A stretch of DNA of 32,000 nucleotides from a metagenome, in the sequence record Ga0181588_10000598. One strand, given 5' to 3'. The notes below the pieces were generated by a model that was not told the DNA's origin, made no database searches, and worked only from the letters and a program-made list of their open reading frames with translations. The position numbers and the translations under genes were made by a program. Below, piece after piece: positions 24,901 through 32,000 of this stretch; position 1 is the first letter of the stretch, and each line of letters opens with the position of its first letter.

Positions 24901-27558
24901 TTAAAAATCTGTATCCAAGGAGGCTAAAACATCGCGAATGGCGCAGACGTCTGGATGGTCGTCGCCGAGAAGCGCTCGTTGTAAATCCAACGCGCGCTCT
25001 AATAACGGCCGACCGCGAGAGTTGTCCTCGCGGTCCAAGTGACAAATGGCCAAATCAGTGAGCGTTTGTACCGTCTCAGGATGGTCAATCCCCAGGACGG
25101 ATTCCTGGATGGCTAGAGCGCGTTCAAAGAGGGATTGCGCGCGGTCAAAACGTTCGCTTTCGCTGTAGAGCGTGGCGAGATCCGTCATGGCGGCGGCGAC
25201 TTCGGGGTGGTGTTCTCCGAGCGTCTCGATGCGACGAGTGATTTCTCGCTCGAGTGCGGACGCAGATGAAGCGAACTCCGGGGAAATGTCACCACGAACG
25301 TCTGCTGCTGTGGTCATGGTGGTTCCGTGATGATCTCTAGCGCCCGTCGGCGAGGTGAAAGATGATTGACCAACGTCGCGTTTTGCGGTGGACGTTGGGC
25401 TCGTCGCCGACGCCCACATTGCGCTCGATGCCGTGGGCGATCGCACCGTCGTACCTGTTCGTCCACGAATATTGTATGGATCTTCGAGCTCGTCGATGGC
25501 AGTCTCGATGACGTCTCTTATGGCGCTCTTGAGCGTTCTCGGCAAGTGACTGCGGACTCTAGAACCGACAATGTCGACGCAAGCCAATACGACTTTCACC
25601 GCCATCCCTCGCGCCTCGCCGTTGGCGCTGTCGAAACACCTCGATGCGAATTTCATGACGTGTTCGAGCGCGAACGACTCATCCTTGCGCGGCGCGTCCA
25701 ATCCGTACGTCGGAATAAGCTCGACCATGAGCGTCAGTCTCCCGGTTAACACGCGCCAAAGACTAAGCTTTTGAACCGGTTTGCACAAGGCGTGCGCGAG
25801 GATTGAAACCCCACCCGGAGCGTCGCCAGCGAACGCGTGTAATGCTTCCCTAATGCTCTCGCGAAGACGCGGATTGGTGTCGCCCAGCTTGTCAACTAAC
25901 AATGAGATTGAGTCATCGACTGCATCCTTGACGTCTCTGGCGGAGACGTGGGCGGCGAAAGCCTTTGCGGCGGATGCCAACGTGATGGCGGCGGCGCACG
26001 TCACATTGGCCACCTTGTCGTTGAATAATCTATCACCCAAAGTCTTGCAGAGGGTTTGAAACGTCTCGCGCGGATCGACACCGAGAACTTTTGAAGCGTC
26101 TTCGCTCTCCCACGCGGCGATGAGACTTTTATTGATGGATTGTAAAGCGCTCTCGCGATGCATCCACGCGTTGCTGTACAACTTCATGACGACGTCTTCG
26201 CCGAAGGTGGCGATGATGGGGGCGGCGTTGACCTGCTCGGACGGAGAAAGCGGTGGCGGTGGCGGAGCGTCGTCGTCATTTGCTGAAGCCGCGGCTGCCT
26301 TCTTGGCGCTCTGCACTTTGTCCTCCTCTTCTTCTTCAAAGAACGCCGCAGCTTCCGCCTCGAGCTCCGGAGGAACACGCCTACCGGTGGCGACGGCGGG
26401 AACTTCATCATTGCTCATCCCAGCCGCGCTGACGTCGTCTTCTCGGAATGAGTTTGGCTTTTCAATCTCCAACGGCGCCGGACGCCTGGGCGGTGGCGGC
26501 GGTGGCGCTTGAGCGCTGTTGGACGCCACGCTTGGCTTTCGCTCGTGCATCACCGCTGCGGGCAGCTCGGATGAAGAAACTGGTGGATCATTCTCGTGCG
26601 CTAACTCTCGCATCGCGTCCGCGTGCTTTGAACGGATCGGCACATCGTCAAACGAAAACGCTTTTCGCGTCGTCGGCGGCTGCGACGTCGGCGCGTCGTC
26701 GGCGCGAGTCTCGACGACTGGCGGCGAATGCACCGAAGTCGTGCCGCTCATCGAGCGTGCACCCGAATCACGCGGTGACAGCGAACCACCAAAGGCATCC
26801 TCGTAACCGGTCGCGCGAAGTCTATCAATCTCAATCTTCAACCTCTTGGCTTCGTCGTAATCCTCAATCTCCACTGCGCGCATCTTTTCCTCCTGCAGCG
26901 CCTTCACCTTGACTCCAAATTCACGCAATCGCGAGATGACGTCTCTCAAGCGCTTCGCCTCGTCGTAGTCTTCCGCATCCACGGCGTGCTCCTTCCTCGC
27001 GATCACCTCTCGAAGCTTTTCCTCTGTCATGGCGTCGACGCCTCTGCCAGCCGATGATCCGCCGCCCGTGCGATGTCCAAGCAAAGGCGCCCTCTCCGCC
27101 GACGCGCCGTTCCCAGAACCGCTCATCCTTCGTTGTGGCTTCTCACCCATGGTCTCACCGATCAACGTCAACCCCATCAACCCGATCTGTCGTCCCTCGT
27201 TCCTCGAGTTTTCGTGACACCCCGAAAACTCCAATCGAACCTCGACCGCATCCTTCACGTTGACATGCACCGTCTTCAACTCCCTCGCCTTGTACCCACA
27301 CTCCGAGTTACTCTCAAATCGCAACGTCCCCAACCGTTTCACGGTTCGTCTTCCACCGCCATCCAGTCTCGTGACGTATACGTGACACTCGCTCGCGATT
27401 TTACACTCGTGCGAGAGCAACTTCAACTGCCGCAACGCGCTCGGCGCGTCCAATCTCACCGTCGCGTACGCCGGGAACCCCGCCCCGCGCGCCGTGAGCC
27501 ATCCCCGCGATTTGTTCTCCCCGCGTATGTGTAATTCACTCGCCGCGTGTCCCGGTTC
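24901..27558 (-). CDS. CEP104: CEP104-like protein, exon 2 (jelly-roll N-domain, two EDYDEAKRL coiled-coil motifs, TOG/HEAT domain, C-terminal KLC-type TPRs)
   Basis: RGWLTARGAGFPAYATVRLDAPSALRQLKLLSHECKIASECHVYV...KRLGTLRFESNSECGYKARELKTVHVNV...QIGLMGLTLIGE is colinear with remembered human CEP104 residues ~30-160. The track ORF (24901..27459) starts on GTG, but the frame stays open and homologous up to the acceptor at 27559/27558. There is no ATG in that stretch. Confidence 0.9.
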   Translation of the reverse strand, partial: EPGHAASELHIRGENKSRGWLTARGAGFPAYATVRLDAPSALRQLKLLSHECKIASECHVYVTRLDGGGRRTVKRLGTLRFESNSECGYKARELKTVHVNVKDAVEVRLEFSGCHENSRNEGRQIGLMGLTLIGETMGEKPQRRMSGSGNGASAERAPLLGHRTGGGSSAGRGVDAMTEEKLREVIARKEHAVDAEDYDEAKRLRDVISRLREFGVKVKALQEEKMRAVEIEDYDEAKRLKIEIDRLRATGYEDAFGGSLSPRDSGARSMSGTTSVHSPPVVETRADDAPTSQPPTTRKAFSFDDVPIRSKHADAMRELAHENDPPVSSSELPAAVMHERKPSVASNSAQAPPPPPPRRPAPLEIEKPNSFREDDVSAAGMSNDEVPAVATGRRVPPELEAEAAAFFEEEEEDKVQSAKKAAAASANDDDAPPPPPLSPSEQVNAAPIIATFGEDVVMKLYSNAWMHRESALQSINKSLIAAWESEDASKVLGVDPRETFQTLCKTLGDRLFNDKVANVTCAAAITLASAAKAFAAHVSARDVKDAVDDSISLLVDKLGDTNPRLRESIREALHAFAGDAPGGVSILAHALCKPVQKLSLWRVLTGRLTLMVELIPTYGLDAPRKDESFALEHVMKFASRCFDSANGEARGMAVKVVLACVDIVGSRVRSHLPRTLKSAIRDVIETAIDELEDPYNIRGRTGTTVRSPTASSAMWASATSPTSTAKRDVGQSSFTSPTGARDHHGTTMTTAADVRGDISPEFASSASALEREITRRIETLGEHHPEVAAAMTDLATLYSESERFDRAQSLFERALAIQESVLGIDHPETVQTLTDLAICHLDREDNSRGRPLLERALDLQRALLGDDHPDVCAIRDVLASLDTDF

Positions 27559-27678
27559 CTACGTCGTTCGTTCGGTCGTCAGTCGTCACTCGCATCAAAA
27601 GTGTTTGTTTCAAATTTCATCTTTCAAAACGTAAACGCGAACGTCGCGTCGTGCGTCTCGCGTCGTCACCACACTCAC
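27559..27678 (-). other. Spliceosomal intron (120 nt, phase 0) in the CEP104-like gene
   Basis: On the minus strand the donor is GTGAGT (27678..27673). A branch-like gacgactgac ends 19 nt before the acceptor acgTAG (..27559). Confidence 0.8.
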
Positions 27679-27771
27679 CTCGGACGAGCGGTCTACGACC
27701 GTATACGCGAGTTCACGCGACTGCGACGTCGGCGCGCCTCGCGCGTCGGTACCGGCGACGACGAGCGGCAT
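27679..27771 (-). CDS. CEP104: CEP104-like protein, exon 1
   Basis: ATG 27771 begins MPLVVAGTDARGAPTSQSRELAYTVVDRSSE. Joined to exon 2 (EPGHAASELHIRGENKSRGW...), it parallels human CEP104 IGFVVVSSSGHEDGFSAKELMIHAPTVSGW. The exon is part of track ORF 27610..27807, which otherwise runs into the intron. Confidence 0.75.
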
Positions 27772-27892
27772 TTTGACGACGACTCGCCAGTCAACGGCCA
27801 AAGTCAACGAAGAGCAGGTCCTAAAATGACGAGTCGTGAACCTTCAAATGTGATTCATCAAGTCTAAATGTTGCCTAGTGTGCTACTACAAA

Positions 27893-30037
27893 CTACGAGT
27901 TGAGCCACGTCCACGCGTCGGCGAGCGGATTCTTCGTTCGCGCGCCGTTCGCGCGGTCGTCGGAGTCTATGTCTGATGTCGTCGAAGATATCGGTAGATG
28001 GCCTGTTGTCGCCGGACGCGCGTGGCGGTGTTCGAGAGCGTGGCGGTGTTCGCCGTAATAGTTTGGGATTTCGTCTTCGTCTTCATCGTCCGTGTCTGGG
28101 ACGGTGCGCACGTCGAGGTTTGAGAGCGCTGTCGATGCGGCAGCGGCTTTCGCGCGGTGGCGTGAGCGGGTTGTGAGATCGATGTCGTCACCGTCGTCCG
28201 CGTACTGGTCTTCGTCTTCGTCTTCTTCGTCCTCGTCTTCAATGCCGAGAAAGTTGCGGATGGAGCGCCAACCGCGTCTCGCGCGGGCGCGCACGCGCTC
28301 GTCGTGGAGGAGCGCGCTCACGGCGTCTTCCTCATCCTCTTCGTCGGATTCGCGATCGAGTTCGTCGTGTTGGATCCAGGCGCTTCCACCGGCTTTCACG
28401 CGGTCGTGAATAGTCTTGACGGCGGCTTGATACGTTCCCGGAATGTGGTCGAGCATCATGTACGGATCGAGTAAGACGTCGGTGAACGCCGTCGGATGCT
28501 TGTATTCAGCCGTCGGGGCGCTCGAGCGCACGTGTTTGAGATGGATCACTCGACCCGGTTGGACCATAAAGTCCATCGCGGAGTGGTCTCGAAGCTCGAG
28601 ACCGACGACGTCTTCGAGGTCGTTCCAGTCTCCTTGACACGTGCGCTTACTTCCCTTCTTCTTGCGAGCCGACGTTGGCTTGAACTCTTCCGCAGTAGGC
28701 TTAACCGGCGATGTGATCGGCGTTTCCGAGTCGTTCATCGCAGAAGACGACGTCAGCGGCTGCGAGGCTTTGTCCTCGTCCTCGTCCTCATCCGTCGTTG
28801 CCGCGGTCAAGTCTTGTTTCGACGACGGCCTGTCTCTGCCGCCGAGAACGGACGAAACAGCTCGAAGCATCGCGTGAGACGGCGCGGCGTGGTTCAACCT
28901 TCGCAAGAGGCGGCGAACAGAGGCGTGGCAGAGTCTAGGAACCACATCGGCGCCGGCGACGACGCACGTGATGTACTCGCTTGCCTTGTCGCTCAAATTC
29001 ATGCTACTCACGCTTGGCGCGGCGATGCAGACGCATTTACACGCGGCGAGTCGCGTCAAAACCTCTCTCTTTGCGTCTTCCTCAAATGCACCGAGCCCTT
29101 CCAGCGCGAGTTTCTCTATATCACTGTCCGTACTGTGCATCAACATGGCGATACACGCGGCGACGCCGCCACCCATGCTGTGCCCCGTGACGAGAAACTC
29201 AAACGATGGATTCTTCGCCAATGCCGCCGCCGCCGCCGGGATCATTCGCTTCACAACCTGCCACGCCGAGGCAACCATCCCAGCGTGAGCCCACCCATCT
29301 AAAAACTCTACGCTCTCGCTATTCACATCCGTCAACGCGTCGTGAAGTTCCCACGTCCCGCGCACGGACAACGCCACCTTGCCTTCCACCCGATCGACGG
29401 CAACGAATGAACTCGGCGAAAACTCCGTCCCGTTCCAATCCGCATCAATCACATCCTCCGTATCAATCTCACAACTCTTCGCGCACGCCTCGGACGCCAA
29501 CGCGTGCATCCTTTCGTAATCCTTCGTCGTCGCTCCGCTCGCCGCGGCGTGCGTCTTTAAACTCTTCAATTTTTCTCTAAAAGACGCGTCGCTCAACACC
29601 GAAGAAGCCGTCCCGTACGCCCCGATCGCGTACTTCACCGCCACTCGCACCGCTCGCAACGCGTGCACATCCGGTGCGTTCACCGGATTCGTTCGCGCGT
29701 CACCCTCTCCGTCCGGGTACAACTCGCGAAGTCCCCTAGTTTTGTTTCGCTCGGCTTCGCGTTGTTCATTCCACAAGACGAATCCAGCCATGGGATCGAA
29801 CGTCGCCATCCCGACGACACCCAGCGGTTTGAGCTCCGCCATGACGGACGTGTAGACGGTTCTCAGTGCGCGTTCGAGTTCGAGCCATCCCGCGGTGACG
29901 GTTTTGATGCGTCGCGGCGTGGACGTCGACGGTAACGATGATGTCGATGCGCGTTCGTCGTTCGTTTGTCGCACAGAAGATTCTTCTTTTGAATCGCCGC
30001 CGTCGCCGCCGCCGACGGTTTTCGTTGGGGTGTCCAT
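27893..30037 (-). CDS. Class 3 lipase (diacylglycerol-lipase-like)
   Basis: The 714-aa ORF starts on ATG. The Lipase_3 core contains ALSVRGTWELHDALTD and the nucleophile elbow FLVTGHSMGGGVAACIAMLM, with the Ser codon at 29179..29177. The C-terminal half is long, acidic and low-complexity. Confidence 0.88.
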   Translation of the reverse strand: MDTPTKTVGGGDGGDSKEESSVRQTNDERASTSSLPSTSTPRRIKTVTAGWLELERALRTVYTSVMAELKPLGVVGMATFDPMAGFVLWNEQREAERNKTRGLRELYPDGEGDARTNPVNAPDVHALRAVRVAVKYAIGAYGTASSVLSDASFREKLKSLKTHAAASGATTKDYERMHALASEACAKSCEIDTEDVIDADWNGTEFSPSSFVAVDRVEGKVALSVRGTWELHDALTDVNSESVEFLDGWAHAGMVASAWQVVKRMIPAAAAALAKNPSFEFLVTGHSMGGGVAACIAMLMHSTDSDIEKLALEGLGAFEEDAKREVLTRLAACKCVCIAAPSVSSMNLSDKASEYITCVVAGADVVPRLCHASVRRLLRRLNHAAPSHAMLRAVSSVLGGRDRPSSKQDLTAATTDEDEDEDKASQPLTSSSAMNDSETPITSPVKPTAEEFKPTSARKKKGSKRTCQGDWNDLEDVVGLELRDHSAMDFMVQPGRVIHLKHVRSSAPTAEYKHPTAFTDVLLDPYMMLDHIPGTYQAAVKTIHDRVKAGGSAWIQHDELDRESDEEDEEDAVSALLHDERVRARARRGWRSIRNFLGIEDEDEEDEDEDQYADDGDDIDLTTRSRHRAKAAAASTALSNLDVRTVPDTDDEDEDEIPNYYGEHRHALEHRHARPATTGHLPISSTTSDIDSDDRANGARTKNPLADAWTWLNS

Positions 30038-30149
30038 GATGCGAGACGACTACGACTACGACGAGCGTGACTGTGCGTCGTCAGACGTGATTGTCACCGG
30101 ACTCGCGCGTCGAAGTGAGGCGACGCACGAATGAAATTGAGTTTTGTTC

Positions 30150-30154
30150 TTACA
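30150..30154 (-). promoter_or_regulatory. TGTAA overlapping the stop codon (minus strand)
   Basis: The last codons GTG TAA contain TGTAA at 30154..30150. Confidence 0.3.
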
Positions 30155-31634
30155 CCACTGTGGCAACCGTCATCCCGTCGCTTTGCGCGCGTTGAGGATG
30201 AAAGCTTTGGCTAAAACCGATCGCGATGAACGTCTCAATCGCGCTAGACGATGCGACTAGGAAAGATTTACGAGCGCCGAGACGAAGTTCGACGCGACGA
30301 CCGCGACGCAGTCGCGTCTCGGCGACGACTTCGTGCGACGATAATCTAAGAGAGTACGAAGACGCCGCACCGTCGCCGGTGAGTTTGAGGGCGTACTTGG
30401 TGAGCGGGATTGAAAATGAGACTGTGGTCTTCATCTTGGCGGCATTCTCGCGAGAGGACGTCTTGAAATCGCGGCCGAGCTCGAGCTCTAGTCCGCGCGT
30501 CTGTCCCGCCTTGTCCAATTTGGACTTTGCGATGATTTGCGCGCGCGTTGTCGAGTTTAATTTGGCCCGAACGGCGAGACGAACGGCGTGCGATTTCACG
30601 ATATCTGACGTGGCTCGAAACTTGACGTCGATCGCATCGCGTAAAGGGTGAGATGATTCCGGGTTCGGCGAAGGAGGCTTGGAATTCGCCGTGACGACAG
30701 CGCGCGCCGACGCCTTTTCAAAATTGTACGCGTACTGCGCCTTGGCTGCATTCGTTCGAGGCGTCGCCGCCCTCTTCTCAGTCTTCCTCTCAGTCTTTGC
30801 CTCGCTCGGCTCCGTTCCCTTTGGCTTACCTTCCTCGCTCGAGTTCACGCCGTGAAGTAGCCGAAAGGCGTCGTACTGCTTGGTCGGCGTCCCGAATGAA
30901 AACGAAGCCGATGTCGCTCGCGTCGCGGTGACCAACCCGCGATCCAGCCGACCCTTCACGCTCTGCCTAAACTCCATCCCAAACTCCTGATGCACGCTTC
31001 CGAGTTCTAATTCAACTTCCTTCGTCAGCGTGTGCGCGTTCACCGTGGCGTGAAACGCCTTGTAGTCCTCATCTAAACCGTCGGCGGTTGCGAATCGCCG
31101 CTCCACGTCCGCCTCCACGTCCCATCTCGACCGCACCGGATCGCCCTCGGGCTCACAATCGCTCGTCGCTTGCACCACACACCGTCGTCCACGCCCTAAG
31201 TCGTGCGTCGTCACCACAGACATTGCCGCGTCGTTCTTTTTAACCTTTTTCGATCCGCCTCCGTCCTCGACTGACGTAGACGGCTCCTCCTCCCCATCCT
31301 TCCCGCCACCGCCACCGCCACCGCCTCCTTTGCACCACTTTGGCACGTACCGCTCCGCACACGCGATCGCACTCGCCCGATCCGCATCGCCGACGAACCC
31401 AACGCGTCGTCGCGTCGTCGTCGCCGTCGCCGCCGCCGCCGCCGTCTCAGAACGCCGAGCCTCCAGACGCGCGCGGTGTCGCCCGCCGCCGCCCGCGCGA
31501 ACGCTCACCCGTTTCCCGTCTTCCCCGCGCGCGGGACGAGACGCGTCGTCGCGAAATAGCGGCGCTAATAAATCCGTCGACCGCACCGCTCCGTCGTCGT
31601 CATCGGTGTCGTCATCGCCACCACCACCCGTCAT
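30150..31634 (-). CDS. Hypothetical protein, C-terminal two-thirds beta-strand-rich (possible organellar outer-membrane beta-barrel)
   Basis: The 494-aa ORF starts on ATG. The N-terminus is acidic and Gly-rich. It is followed by many short alternating polar/apolar segments: VRLAVRAKL, LELELGRDF, TTVSFSIPL, YALKLTG, SYSLRLSS, RVELRLGA and ETFIAIGFSQSF. No family was recognised. Confidence 0.7.
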   Translation of the reverse strand: MTGGGGDDDTDDDDGAVRSTDLLAPLFRDDASRPARGEDGKRVSVRAGGGGRHRARLEARRSETAAAAATATTTRRRVGFVGDADRASAIACAERYVPKWCKGGGGGGGGGKDGEEEPSTSVEDGGGSKKVKKNDAAMSVVTTHDLGRGRRCVVQATSDCEPEGDPVRSRWDVEADVERRFATADGLDEDYKAFHATVNAHTLTKEVELELGSVHQEFGMEFRQSVKGRLDRGLVTATRATSASFSFGTPTKQYDAFRLLHGVNSSEEGKPKGTEPSEAKTERKTEKRAATPRTNAAKAQYAYNFEKASARAVVTANSKPPSPNPESSHPLRDAIDVKFRATSDIVKSHAVRLAVRAKLNSTTRAQIIAKSKLDKAGQTRGLELELGRDFKTSSRENAAKMKTTVSFSIPLTKYALKLTGDGAASSYSLRLSSHEVVAETRLRRGRRVELRLGARKSFLVASSSAIETFIAIGFSQSFHPQRAQSDGMTVATVV

Positions 31635-32000
31635 GTGCGTAACGAACGAACGCGGCGCGGTTCGTTACGCACCGCACCGCGCGACCGCACGACCGCGCGA
31701 CCGCGTCCCCGACGACGACCGACGAGGCGAACGAACGAAACCCACCGAACGACCGCCGTCGGTTCGGTCGATCCCCCGCGACGTCGCGCGACGTCGCGTC
31801 GCGTTATCGGTACCCAAACACACACGCACACACGCATCACCTTCCACAGAAATACCATCAAGTCATACACACGTATATACCCTTAAAACACACACAACAC
31901 GTACTATGTATATAAAATACAAAACAAGTCCATCAAACACAATCACACGCATACAGCCCGCGGTTGAAAAAGAGACCGCCTCGCGTCCTCCGAGGACGGA

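Overview
This is eukaryotic nuclear DNA, not prokaryotic. It is GC-rich (roughly 60% by eye, not computed) and very gene-dense: about 20 protein-coding genes plus one tRNA in 32 kb, with most spacers 60-450 nt. It is nearly intron-free, but three spliceosomal introns are well supported, with GTGCGT/GTGAGT donors, a CTGAC branch-like motif and YAG acceptors. Plant-type TTTAGGG (telo-box) motifs sit in several spacers, and TGTAA/TGTAG motifs follow many stop codons. These traits and the protein set fit a Mamiellophyceae-type green picoalga (Ostreococcus/Micromonas-like). The species cannot be named without a database search.

Genes in order:
- Utp12-domain protein (partial, at the left edge)
- ATAD2/Yta7-like AAA+ ATPase with an extended-PHD finger and a Tudor-like segment
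- VPS20/CHMP6
- SirB1-like transglutaminase/TPR protein
- small basic protein
- protein with three C-T-F-x-P motifs
- intron-containing tRNA-Pro(CGG)
- KRI1
- squalene epoxidase
- TRAPPC3/BET3
- LETM1-like protein
- S33 prolyl aminopeptidase (2 exons)
- 66-aa membrane protein candidate
- DEAD-box helicase
- RPL35A (2 exons, 586-nt intron)
- NDUFAF6-like protein
- CEP104-like protein (2 exons)
- class-3 (DAG-lipase-like) lipase
- beta-strand-rich hypothetical protein

I find no CRISPR array, mobile element, rRNA, operon, or defence or biosynthetic system. The many long antisense ORFs in the track are GC-driven shadow ORFs.

The points most worth a second look:
- gene models the ORF track misses (introns, an upstream CEP104 exon, an edge-truncated gene)
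- two unusual domain architectures (CEP104 with a TPR tail; ATAD2-like with ePHD and Tudor)
- a telo-box cluster in a divergent spacer
- the tRNA-Pro intron
- an uncharacterised beta-rich protein

All family assignments come from reading the translations against remembered family signatures and need HMM or BLAST confirmation.
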